NCBI GenBank assembly: GCA_016934745.1
Contig: JAFGSF010000005.1
Span: 39,829-103,828, forward strand
DNA from: Candidatus Aminicenantes bacterium
GTDB lineage: Bacteria; Acidobacteriota; Aminicenantia; UBA2199
Direction of reading: 5' to 3'
Length of the DNA stretch: 64,000 nt
Part shown: in pieces, positions 16,632-25,677 of the stretch
How positions within the stretch are numbered: position 1 is the stretch's first letter
Layout of the letters: the number at the start of each line of letters is the position of its first letter
Position numbers and translations under genes: made by a program
The notes under the pieces: generated by a model
What the model was told of the DNA's origin: nothing
Databases searched by the model: none
The model's input: only the letters and a program-made list of their open reading frames with translations

Positions 16632-18880
16632 GATCGTTTCAGCTTTTTGTTATTATGGCGCGCTTCAGCGGCCATGGGCAGGCGGATAATGATTCTCGCT
16701 CCCTGTCCCGGCGCGCTTTGCACCGCAATGCGGCCACCGTGGGCGGCAACAACATGTTTGACCAAAAACAGCCCCAGGCCGCTGCCCTGGCTGGCACTTG
16801 TTTCGCCAGCTTCGATCCGAAAAAACTTGTTGAAGATGGCCTGATGGTATTCGGGGGCGATGCCCAGGCCACAATCAGCCACTTCCAGTATTGCCTCTCT
16901 GTTGTGGTTGTAAACCTTCAGTTCAATCTCTTTATGGCCAGATGAATAGGTGAGCGCGTTCTGGATCAGGTTGCCGATCACCATACGCAGGGCGCGGGTG
17001 TCAAAAGCGAACACCGGCATCTCTTCAGCTATTTCAGCCCGGCAGGTAAAACCATTTTCTTCAAGGAGCGGCAAGGCTTCGTTCCAGGCTTGCCAGGCAA
17101 TTTCGGGCAAAGATGCCGGCTGCAGACGGTAGGTTTTCTGCCCGGCTTCGATGCGCGAGAGATCGAGCAGATTGCCAATCAAATCGTTCATGCGATCCGC
17201 TTCGGCAATGATTCTGCCGGACTGGGCGACCCGCTGCGCATCGCTTTTCAGCCAGTTTAACTGCAGCTGCTCGGCCAGCATGCGCATGCGGGCCAAAGGG
17301 GTTTTCAAGGTATGGGCGGCACTGTCCAGGAAACGGTTTTTAAGTTCCAGCAATTCCATATCACGTCGCAAAGAACGAAAAAACAAGGCCATAGCCACAA
17401 ACAGGGTCAATAACAGCGAAGCGATCATTGCGTAATTAACCAGCGACTCTCTGCGAACTCGTGCCGCAAGATATCCGCTATATGGCGCCTTGACCGCCAG
17501 CACGTACCCGGGCAGCAGTTTCGCCAACGCCACCTGTGGCAAATTTTCTTTGCTCACAGCCGCTGCTTCGGCTCTGGTTATCAAAACCAGATCGGGACTC
17601 GTCTCCGGCCAATGCTGTTTTTTCAGGACTGGAAACAGCAGTTGTTGAATATGGGCCAAAGCGATTTGAAAACCGAAAAACATAGGTTTGGCAATGTTTT
17701 TTTCAATGGGCAACGGGACATAAGCCACACACAGCCCGGGTTTGCTGATGAACCCGACTGCGGTCTGGAGTTCTTTTCGCGGCTGCGGATCAGGGATTGA
17801 CAATGGCAGCTCTTTTTGCAATCTGGTATAAAAAAGTTTTTTCTGGTCATTGACCAGGTAAAACTCCTGAATCTGCTGCAGGCGTTTGAATTCAATCCCC
17901 TGCGGGCCGGCTACCGCCCCTTGCGAATCGAGTTCAGGTATATTGAAGAATTGCCAGCGCAAAGACATTTCCTGGGCCGGCACACCTTCCAGGTGTTCTT
18001 GCTGCAAGGCTTTGCTGAAGCGTTCCTGCAAGGAAGTCAACCGGGATTTTTGGCGATTGAGATAATCGATGGCTTCGTTTTTATAAAAATCGAGCAGCAG
18101 CGAGTTACTGGCTGCTTGCAGGGCCAGAATATCCTCGTAGATTCCCAAATAACAGTCAGCAGCCGCATCAATGATGCCCATGCGCTCATAGGTCAGGGCC
18201 AGCAATTGCCGGACTTGCAGCTGCTGGTAGCGGTCTTGATCGTCGCTCAATCCCCGGCCAGTGACAGCCTCACGCAGATACTGAAGTGCCTGTTGATATT
18301 TGCCCCATTTAAAGTAACACCGCCCGATAGCCATAAAAAATACATTTTGCTCACGCCTGGCAATTGTTTTTTTTTCAGCTGCCAGGTATGTTTTAATTGC
18401 CGCCAGCCAGTCGCGTTTCTCCAATTCCAAATTTTCCCCTGCCTGGAATTGGCGTTTCAGGTCATCGGTGCTGAAAGCAGAGAACTCGAGCTGTGCAGGC
18501 AAAGAGATCATCGGCCGGGTGAAAGGAAAAAGATATTCGCGATTGGCCGTGATCACAAACGGGTAAGTGACAATGGGGTGCGCGGCCAGCAGGTTTTTGA
18601 GCCTTTGCTGAATCAGCAAAGGACGGCCTGGAGCTAGTGGTTCCTTGGCAAGTGCAGCAAAGACGACCTCGATGGAATGATCAATTGATTTTTCCAGGCC
18701 AACAGCGATCAACTCCAGCTGCCTTTGCCATTGTTCATCCAATTGAATAGCGCGCGCCTGCTTCTGACGGGACACCGATCCGATGCCGATAATACTGATC
18801 AGCAGACCAGGGATGACCAGGCTCAGTCCCAACAGGATCATTTTGCCCTTAGAAGAAGTCCTCGGTCCCGTTTTCCTCAT
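16628..18880 (-). CDS. Sensor histidine kinase with large periplasmic (TPR-like) domain
   Basis: Two TM segments; HisKA 'LDSAAHTLKTPLARM'; HATPase 'GSGLGLFLVKHVVAAHGG'; 4-nt overlap with the RR gene. Confidence 0.85.
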   Translation of the reverse strand: MRKTGPRTSSKGKMILLGLSLVIPGLLISIIGIGSVSRQKQARAIQLDEQWQRQLELIAVGLEKSIDHSIEVVFAALAKEPLAPGRPLLIQQRLKNLLAAHPIVTYPFVITANREYLFPFTRPMISLPAQLEFSAFSTDDLKRQFQAGENLELEKRDWLAAIKTYLAAEKKTIARREQNVFFMAIGRCYFKWGKYQQALQYLREAVTGRGLSDDQDRYQQLQVRQLLALTYERMGIIDAAADCYLGIYEDILALQAASNSLLLDFYKNEAIDYLNRQKSRLTSLQERFSKALQQEHLEGVPAQEMSLRWQFFNIPELDSQGAVAGPQGIEFKRLQQIQEFYLVNDQKKLFYTRLQKELPLSIPDPQPRKELQTAVGFISKPGLCVAYVPLPIEKNIAKPMFFGFQIALAHIQQLLFPVLKKQHWPETSPDLVLITRAEAAAVSKENLPQVALAKLLPGYVLAVKAPYSGYLAARVRRESLVNYAMIASLLLTLFVAMALFFRSLRRDMELLELKNRFLDSAAHTLKTPLARMRMLAEQLQLNWLKSDAQRVAQSGRIIAEADRMNDLIGNLLDLSRIEAGQKTYRLQPASLPEIAWQAWNEALPLLEENGFTCRAEIAEEMPVFAFDTRALRMVIGNLIQNALTYSSGHKEIELKVYNHNREAILEVADCGLGIAPEYHQAIFNKFFRIEAGETSASQGSGLGLFLVKHVVAAHGGRIAVQSAPGQGARIIIRLPMAAEARHNNKKLKRS

Positions 18881-18977
18881 ATTGAGATTGTAGCATGCGT
18901 CCTGGCCGTTGGCCAGCGCTCAAATCCTCCAGCCTTATTGCCTAGGTGGGCCAGCATTTCAGGCGCTAATTCTGCCC

Positions 18978-20777
18978 CTAGCGGCCCTTCGGGGCGGCGA
19001 TATCGAGCCAGGAGAACCAGATCGGGTGATGCTGCTTATACCAGCGTAGTATCTTCAGCAGCTTGACCTGGGAAGCGGCGGGAATTACCTCGGGGGGAAT
19101 GCGGTCGAAGTGGACGCGGATGTGGTCTTGTTGGGGGAACTCCAGCGCCTCCGAGCACAGGGTTTGCAGCTCGTTGCGGATGCGCCCTGAGTCGGAAATG
19201 CGTACCGGGCGGTGTTCGTAATCCTCGCCGCCCATGAAGCGGTTGAGTAGCGGGTTGAAAACCAGCCAGCTCTGTTCCAGGGTCTCCCCCAATCGCAGGG
19301 TGAAGGTGATTCGCTTGTCACCGCGTGAGCCGGCCAGCCGTACCGTCACCCGGTAGCGTCCCGGTCCGATCTCTTCGACTCCCGGTGCACCGGAATATGG
19401 ATCGGGACACATGTAGCCTGACACGGCCAGCACATCCCACTTCTTTTCGGGGAAAAAATCTCCGGCCTCGACCGAAGATTTGTGTACCGGGATGCCGGCC
19501 TGGCGGGCATCCTCAATCATGGCCCGGAAACGGGCAACGGTAGCGGCGTCGCTCTTCCGGCCGAGTACTTGTTGCAAACGGGCCGGGAAATCCTCCGTGT
19601 CAGGATTTAGTCCCATCACCTGCCGTTCGCGGTGATAGGGAACCTCGAATGTCGAAGTGAAAGGGCAGATGTAGGCGACCAGGTCGAGCATCGGGGCCAG
19701 GCTGGCAGCCTGGATAGCCTCAGCCGAGGCGGCGTAGCCGTCACATAGGAAAAGATGGCGCGCCCCACCCTGCATATACGTGCCGATATAGTAAGTCGGA
19801 GCATAAGTGCCCGATTCAGTGAAGGCAGGGATATCGGTCGGCAGGGGGAAATTGTCCTCGACAATGTGCGCTCCGAGATCGGACCATTCCTTCCACAGCT
19901 CGCCGATCCTCATTTCACGGCTCTTTCCGCCCAGAGTCCAGATGTGGACGTGTTCCGGAACGATATCGGGATAAGTTTGGCGAATGGCCTGCATCACCAG
20001 TGCCCGCGGTGTACGAAACGAAAGGAGAATCGACTCTTCAGCGGCGCGATCAGCCACGGCCCGCGGCAGAAAGAGGTTACCCATATAGCCTTCGTAAGGG
20101 CGGGTGATCGCCAACGGTTGGTCGAACAGGTGCAGGACGGTCATGGGCCCGGTTTCGGCTCCCTTGGAAAACCGCGAGGTGTTCTCCAGCGTGTCGATTG
20201 CCGCTCCCCAGATAGTAATTCCGGCTGATTTGATATCGCGATAAAACTCTTCCCAGCCATAGTCCTTGTGGTTAAGCAGTTGCACTACTTTACGGTCAAG
20301 CCAGTGTGCCACCGCCGGCCTGGCATAAACCCGGCCGAAACCAAGCTGGGGATTGGATCCCATTTCAGGTGTTTCGCCAGCCTTGGGCATCAGCCCCTCC
20401 CCGACACAGACCATGATGGCATGGTTCTCCGGGAGTTGCCGGGACATGTACCATAAACTTTCACTCATGGCGTAAGCCGAAATGGCATCCGCTTCCTTCT
20501 TGGCCTGATTGAGTCCTGATTTATCCAGTCCCTTACCGGCACCATAACGTCCGAACAAGCGAGTGCCCAGTGCCGTTACCGCGCCGGTGACGGCGAACAG
20601 GCGCTCCAGGCTGCCATCCATGAAAGAGATATCTTTGGTGAATTCCTTGGCCGGTTTGCCGCGTACCCAAGTAATTTCGACATTTTCAAGCCAGATGTGG
20701 AAGCGGCCGAGGATTGGTCGGGCGTCAAAAGCCCACTGGGCGATCAGATCTCGGGTCTCCTGGTCAGAAGCATTCAT
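18978..20777 (-). CDS. GlpX-like (class II fructose-1,6-bisphosphatase family) protein with ~250-aa C-terminal extension
   Basis: 'AAIDTLENTSR' resembles the GlpX metal site 'AVDPIEGTRM'. 'TLGGKSREMRIGE' resembles 'TILAKPRHDAVIAE'. Overall similarity is weak. Confidence 0.35.
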   Translation of the reverse strand: MNASDQETRDLIAQWAFDARPILGRFHIWLENVEITWVRGKPAKEFTKDISFMDGSLERLFAVTGAVTALGTRLFGRYGAGKGLDKSGLNQAKKEADAISAYAMSESLWYMSRQLPENHAIMVCVGEGLMPKAGETPEMGSNPQLGFGRVYARPAVAHWLDRKVVQLLNHKDYGWEEFYRDIKSAGITIWGAAIDTLENTSRFSKGAETGPMTVLHLFDQPLAITRPYEGYMGNLFLPRAVADRAAEESILLSFRTPRALVMQAIRQTYPDIVPEHVHIWTLGGKSREMRIGELWKEWSDLGAHIVEDNFPLPTDIPAFTESGTYAPTYYIGTYMQGGARHLFLCDGYAASAEAIQAASLAPMLDLVAYICPFTSTFEVPYHRERQVMGLNPDTEDFPARLQQVLGRKSDAATVARFRAMIEDARQAGIPVHKSSVEAGDFFPEKKWDVLAVSGYMCPDPYSGAPGVEEIGPGRYRVTVRLAGSRGDKRITFTLRLGETLEQSWLVFNPLLNRFMGGEDYEHRPVRISDSGRIRNELQTLCSEALEFPQQDHIRVHFDRIPPEVIPAASQVKLLKILRWYKQHHPIWFSWLDIAAPKGR

Positions 20778-20928
20778 GGCAACCTCCTTGGCAATAAGCG
20801 CCGTTGAGTCCGCGACGAGGCTGTGTGCGGCCGCAGACGGATTTTCATTGTAGGCAAACTGTAAAATAAAATCAAGATGTGCTCTTTCCGGAGTGCCGAG
20901 GGTGTGATTTTGTCATCGATGCAGTTCA

Positions 20929-22005
20929 TTGATTCCAGGCCACCGATTGCGCCGACTTGGCATTTCTTTTAAAATATGTTCAATGAACTGGTTGTTAAAA
21001 CTCTTCTTCTCATTCAGGTTGCGCGGACGCGCCTTGCTGAAAAAAGCATTGGCGGGACCTGACGCCGTCCCCGGTCCGCTTTGTTTAAGCAGAGACAAGG
21101 TCCGGCTGCCTTTTATCAATGGATTGAACTTACCCTGGCTCAGTTACGGTGGTGATTTCGGCGCCAATGGCTGGAAGCCGCTGGGCGGAGTGGGAAAAGG
21201 GGCGAACCGGGAGGCAATGCAACGAATATTCCGAAAGCTGCATGATCGGGGCATCCGCACCATCCGTTGGTTCCTGTTATGCGACGGCCGGGCCGGCATT
21301 CGTTTCACCCGGGCTGGGACTCCCCTTGGGCCTGACCAACACCTGTTCGTCGACATGGACGCCGCCCTGGAGGTTGCAGCAGCCTGTGAGTTGAGCATTA
21401 TTTTTGTTCTGCTCGATTTCCTGTGGTTTGGCAAAGCCGCCCTGGTCAACGGCGTCCAGGTCCGGGGCCGAGCCGGCGTCATCAGTGGCGCCTACAAACA
21501 AAGGGCCCTGCGCCGACGGGTACTGAAGCCACTATTCAAGCGTTATGGTCATTCTCCGGTCATCCTGGCCTGGGACATCGTCAACGAGCCCGAATGGGTT
21601 ACCCTGGGTTTTGGCGACTCGTCCGATACCGCCGTCCCCTACCTGACCATGCGCCGCTTCATAACAAAAACCGCGCGCTTGGTCCAGCGCCATACCCGGC
21701 AGCTGGCCACGGTGGGATTGGCCAACACCGCCGGCCTGACCCTGGTCAGGGACAGCGGGTTGGACTTTTACCAGGTGCATTGGTATGACCGTTGGGATGC
21801 ACAATCTCCCTTGGACAAGCCGGTGCCGGAATGGAATCTCGATCGTCCCCTGCTCCTCGGCGAATACCCAACCAAAAATTCAGCCCGCTCACCCGATGCC
21901 ATCATCGCCAGCGCAAAAAACAGCGGTTATTGCGGCGCACTGGCCTGGTCGTTTCTGGGCTCGGACCATGTCTCGGGTATCAATCGGCCCGGTGAAGAGA
22001 CCTGA
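20929..22005 (+). CDS. Glycoside hydrolase, GH5-like (TIM-barrel; mannanase/cellulase clan GH-A)
   Basis: 'ILAWDIVNEPEW' (acid/base NEP) and 'LLLGEYP' (nucleophile Glu); no signal peptide; start uncertain. Confidence 0.6.
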   Translation: MIPGHRLRRLGISFKICSMNWLLKLFFSFRLRGRALLKKALAGPDAVPGPLCLSRDKVRLPFINGLNLPWLSYGGDFGANGWKPLGGVGKGANREAMQRIFRKLHDRGIRTIRWFLLCDGRAGIRFTRAGTPLGPDQHLFVDMDAALEVAAACELSIIFVLLDFLWFGKAALVNGVQVRGRAGVISGAYKQRALRRRVLKPLFKRYGHSPVILAWDIVNEPEWVTLGFGDSSDTAVPYLTMRRFITKTARLVQRHTRQLATVGLANTAGLTLVRDSGLDFYQVHWYDRWDAQSPLDKPVPEWNLDRPLLLGEYPTKNSARSPDAIIASAKNSGYCGALAWSFLGSDHVSGINRPGEET

Positions 22006-22069
22006 TTCCTGATTCTGCCTCAGAAATATTCCATGTCTGAGAAGCCCGGTGGAAAAACCACCATTTGTA

Positions 22070-22098
22070 TTGCTTTTTTTCGCCATGCGGGGTAAAAT
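22070..22098 (+). promoter_or_regulatory. Candidate serC promoter TTGCTT-17-TAAAAT
   Basis: Hexamers upstream of SD AGGAGG (22116-22121). Confidence 0.3.
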
Positions 22099-22130
22099 TT
22101 ATCTTTAATAAAATCAGGAGGATTCCAGAT

Positions 22131-23207
22131 ATGGCTAAAAAGTATAATTTTTTTGCCGGGCCGGCGATCCTGCCCCAAGAGGTCATGAAAAAAGCGCAGG
22201 CCGAGCTGCTCGATTTCAACGGCATCGGTCTGTCGATCATGGAGATCAGCCACCGCTCCAAGGATTTCGAAGCCGTCATCAATGGGGCCGAAACCAAGAT
22301 CCGCACCTTGCTCGGCGTACCGGAAAACTTCTCCGTCATGTTTCTGCAGGGCGGTGCCAGCCTGCAGTTCGGCATGATTCCCATGAACCTGCTCATCGGC
22401 AAAAAGGCCGATTATGTCAACACCGGTGCCTGGGCCAAGAAGGCCATCAAGGAAGCCAAGCTTTTCGGCATGGTCAATGTCGCCGCCTCCTCCGAGGACA
22501 AAAATTTCAGCTATATCCCGGAAACATTCAATTTTACGGCCGACGCTCAGTATGTGCACATCACCTCCAATGAAACCATCGGCGGCGTCCAGTGGATGAA
22601 CTTTCCTGAAACCAACAGCGTGCCGCTGATCATCGACATGTCGTCGGATATCTTCAGCCGAAAAATCGATTTCAAGAACATCGGCATGATCTATGCCGGG
22701 GCGCAGAAAAATATCGGCCCGGCCGGGGCGACCCTGGTCATCATGCGCAACGATTTGGTCGAAGCCTGTGCCGACGGCCTGACCACCATGCTCAGCTACA
22801 AAACACACGCCAAAGAAAAATCCATGTACAACACCCCACCATGCTTTATCATATATATCATCAAGCTGGTCATGGAATGGATTGAAAGCCATGGCGGTTT
22901 GGCGGGCATTGAAAAAATCAACAACGAAAAAGCCAAGACTCTATATGACGCTATTGATGGCAGTAATGGCTACTTCAAAGGCACAGCCGCCCTTAAAGAT
23001 CGCTCCAAGATGAATGTCACTTTCCGTCTCCCCAGCGAGGAACTTGAGGAAAAATTCATCAATGAAGCCAAGAAAGCCGGATTCATCGGCTTGAAAGGCC
23101 ATCGCAGCGTCGGCGGCTGCCGGGCTTCCCTGTATAACGCCATGTCACTGGAAGGGGTGAGTGAACTGACTCAATTCATGAAAAAATTCGCCGCGGAAAA
23201 CAAGTAA
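22131..23207 (+). CDS. serC: Phosphoserine aminotransferase
   Basis: 'NFFAGPAILPQEVM...ISHRSKDF' matches the SerC N-terminus; start is the ATG after AGGAGG (the table ORF is extended at its 5' end). Confidence 0.9.
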   Translation: MAKKYNFFAGPAILPQEVMKKAQAELLDFNGIGLSIMEISHRSKDFEAVINGAETKIRTLLGVPENFSVMFLQGGASLQFGMIPMNLLIGKKADYVNTGAWAKKAIKEAKLFGMVNVAASSEDKNFSYIPETFNFTADAQYVHITSNETIGGVQWMNFPETNSVPLIIDMSSDIFSRKIDFKNIGMIYAGAQKNIGPAGATLVIMRNDLVEACADGLTTMLSYKTHAKEKSMYNTPPCFIIYIIKLVMEWIESHGGLAGIEKINNEKAKTLYDAIDGSNGYFKGTAALKDRSKMNVTFRLPSEELEEKFINEAKKAGFIGLKGHRSVGGCRASLYNAMSLEGVSELTQFMKKFAAENK

Positions 23208-23436
23208 TCCCTGCAGTTTTAATATCATTAAAAAAACCGGCAAAATACCCATTGGGGCGTGGTTTTTTTCTTAACAAGTTGACAGCAGCGCAAAAATCTG
23301 CTAACCTATTCTCCTACAAAGAAAAGGGAGGTGCTTGATTGTCCCTGCAAGCGAATGTTTTACTAATCCATGCTTCAAGCTCCGCCGCCGTACCCTGCCA
23401 ATCTACGATTTTAGGAAAGGCTAAACAAAAACGGCC

Positions 23437-23817
23437 ATGATTAAAATCCTGATTACCGAGGAACTTGGTTCCGCAACCCTTGATAAACTCAATGAAATCC
23501 CGGAATTTGAAATCATAGAAAATACGACCTTGATCCCTGAAAATATCACCAGCGAAATAAAAAATATCGACGCCGGGATCATCAACGCCCTGAGCCCACT
23601 GCTCCCAGCCATTCTGGCAAGCGCCACTGGCTTGAAGATCATCATCTTGACCGGAGGTGAACCGAATCATATGGATACCGAGATGGCCAAGCAAAAAAAT
23701 ATCGAAATCCGCTGCATCCCGCCGGTTCAGGGCACACTCCCTTCACCGGCTGTGGAAAATCAAGAGCGCAAGGAGTTGGCTGTGATCGCTGTTTTAAAAG
23801 ATTTCTTCAATGTGTAA
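23437..23817 (+). CDS. Small protein equal to the N-terminal substrate-binding domain of a D-2-hydroxyacid dehydrogenase (SerA-like), lacking the NAD domain
   Basis: 'IDAGIINALSPL...LKIIILTGGEPNHMDTEMAKQKNIEIRCIP' aligns to SerA residues ~50-110; 126 aa only; low GC. Confidence 0.45.
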   Translation: MIKILITEELGSATLDKLNEIPEFEIIENTTLIPENITSEIKNIDAGIINALSPLLPAILASATGLKIIILTGGEPNHMDTEMAKQKNIEIRCIPPVQGTLPSPAVENQERKELAVIAVLKDFFNV

Positions 23818-23820
23818 ATC

Positions 23821-24624
23821 ATGACAACCATCATCGGCAATAAACTCAATTCGGCCAACAAGAAAATCCTGGACCGCATGAACAAAATGGACTTCGATTT
23901 CATAAAAAAAGAAGCCCTTTCCCAGATTGAATTGGGAGCTGAATATATTGAAGTCAATGCCCTCTCCCTGCTGCACAATGAAACTCCCTTCCTGCGCAAG
24001 GTCATTCCCATGCTGGAGAAGCTGGGCTCGAAACTGATGATCGTCAGCGAAAACGTTGAAGCCCTGAAAGAAGCCCTATTGATTTCCAAGAACCCGATGA
24101 TCATCGGCGCCGTTGAATATGATATCGAAAAAATTGATTTTTTAATTGACACGGTTAAAGAGAAAAACGCTAAAATTATCGCCCTGATCAAGGATAAAAC
24201 CAATAGTCATCACTCCACGCCTGAAAAATCGCTGCTGATCGCCCAAAAATACATTGACTACTTGCTGGACCTGGGCATGAAAAGACAGGATATCCTTCTG
24301 GACCCGCAGGTGAAGCCCCTGGAGGAAGATTTCAACAATGGCAAGGTTTTCCTGGACAAATTGGAACTGTTCAAACTTGATTTCCCCCAGGTAAAGACCA
24401 TGGCCAATGTATCGCAACTTTCTGAAGGCCTGCCCAAACGCCAGGTTCTGGCATCTTATTTTGTTTCCCTGGCCATTTCCAAGGGCCTGGATTATATCGT
24501 CACGAATATTCTCGATGAGGACTTTTATGAATCCATCGTGACCACCATGTCCATTATGGGGAAAGATAAAAATTTACAGGCCTATTTGAAGTATTGTCGC
24601 AATCATAAAGAATCCAAGTCATAA
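23821..24624 (+). CDS. Stand-alone pterin-binding domain protein (MetH/AcsE/MtrH-like methyl-tetrahydrofolate binding TIM barrel)
   Basis: 'IIGNKLNSANKKILDRMNKMDFDFIKKEALSQIELGAEYIEVNA' matches the MetH 'IGERLNVTGSKKF...QVENGAQILDIN' block; 'ANVSQLSEGLP' resembles GVSNVSFG. Confidence 0.6.
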   Translation: MTTIIGNKLNSANKKILDRMNKMDFDFIKKEALSQIELGAEYIEVNALSLLHNETPFLRKVIPMLEKLGSKLMIVSENVEALKEALLISKNPMIIGAVEYDIEKIDFLIDTVKEKNAKIIALIKDKTNSHHSTPEKSLLIAQKYIDYLLDLGMKRQDILLDPQVKPLEEDFNNGKVFLDKLELFKLDFPQVKTMANVSQLSEGLPKRQVLASYFVSLAISKGLDYIVTNILDEDFYESIVTTMSIMGKDKNLQAYLKYCRNHKESKS

Positions 24625-24634
24625 GGAATCCTCA

Positions 24635-24859
24635 ATGGATGATCATAAAATAAAAGAAATCCTGATTGAAAAGAATAGCGCTTTCAAAAAACTTTTTCTG
24701 GAACACCAGGAGCTTGAAGAAAAACTGCAAACTCATATTCAGAACAAATTCAAGAATGATGATGATCGCCTGGAAGAAAAAAACATAAAAAAGAAAAAAC
24801 TCAAATTGAAAGATGCCATGCAAAAACATATCTGCGAGTTCAAAAAGAAATTGAATTAA
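24635..24859 (+). CDS. DUF465 (YdcH-like) small coiled-coil protein
   Basis: 74 aa; 'AFKKLFLEHQELEEKLQ...LEEKNIKKKKLKLKDAM' fits the DUF465 pattern. Confidence 0.6.
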   Translation: MDDHKIKEILIEKNSAFKKLFLEHQELEEKLQTHIQNKFKNDDDRLEEKNIKKKKLKLKDAMQKHICEFKKKLN

Positions 24860-24861
24860 AA

Positions 24862-25668
24862 ATGAAAAAAAAAAGAATTAGGAAAGTCAATATATCATCC
24901 CTAACCCATATTTCCTTTCTGCCCTCGGTATTCACCATGTTTAATCTTTTCTTGGGGTATCAGGCCCTGATTCATATTGTCGGGAGCAAGAAAAATTTTA
25001 AAACCGCAATTTACTACCTGATGGCCAGCGTCATCATGGACGGCTTCGACGGAACCATCGCCCGTCTGACCAAAACCGAATCTAATTTTGGTGTACAGCT
25101 TGATTCGCTGGTGGACGCCATCACTTTCGGACTGGTCACCTCCATGTTGGCCTACCAATGGGGCTTCCAATCCGGATATACTCAAATCGGCAAAATCGTG
25201 AGTTTTGTGTATTTGAGCGCCGGATTGATCCGCCTGGCCCGCTTTAATGTTTTCAAGGAGGCCCAGGCTTTTCCGGCCAACGTGTTTATCGGCATGCCCA
25301 TCCCGACCGCCTCCATGGCCGTCTGTTCCATCGTGCTGCTTTTCAATAAAACGCAACCACAGTCGGCCTTGGGCGTTTTTCTTTTCTCACTCGCAGTCAT
25401 CCTGATTTCATTGTTGATGATTTCCAATATCAAGTACAAAACCATTAAAAAAATCGTTCTAAAAAACAGCCTGAAAGCTCTTTTCCTGCTGGCCTCTATC
25501 ATCGCCTGCCTGGTTATTTTTCCCGATATCACACTTCCCATCCTAACCCTCGCTTACACGATATCCCCGCTTCTTTTCCGCCTATTTTCCAGGAGGCAAA
25601 AAAGCGTGGCGCAAGCCAGCTCCGAAAAACCAGCCGAAGAACCTGGGGCCAGCAGAACCAAGGCCTGA
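24862..25668 (+). CDS. pssA: CDP-diacylglycerol--serine O-phosphatidyltransferase (CDP-alcohol phosphatidyltransferase family)
   Basis: 'DGFDGTIARLTKTESNFGVQLDSLVDAITFG' is the CDP-OH_P_transf motif; about 8 TM helices. Confidence 0.8.
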   Translation: MKKKRIRKVNISSLTHISFLPSVFTMFNLFLGYQALIHIVGSKKNFKTAIYYLMASVIMDGFDGTIARLTKTESNFGVQLDSLVDAITFGLVTSMLAYQWGFQSGYTQIGKIVSFVYLSAGLIRLARFNVFKEAQAFPANVFIGMPIPTASMAVCSIVLLFNKTQPQSALGVFLFSLAVILISLLMISNIKYKTIKKIVLKNSLKALFLLASIIACLVIFPDITLPILTLAYTISPLLFRLFSRRQKSVAQASSEKPAEEPGASRTKA

Positions 25669-25677
25669 GAACGATTC

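Noticed and set aside
17816-18637. 273-aa ORF antisense to the sensor kinase (also 16185-16844 antisense to the RR)
   Set aside because: Shadow ORFs within confidently called genes
22020-22892. 290-aa ORF antisense to serC
   Set aside because: Lies entirely within and opposite a well-supported gene; no motifs; typical GC-rich shadow ORF
23208-24860. Mobile element or integrase flanking the low-GC island
   Set aside because: No transposase or integrase ORF, no tRNA, and no obvious direct or inverted terminal repeats at the GC boundaries
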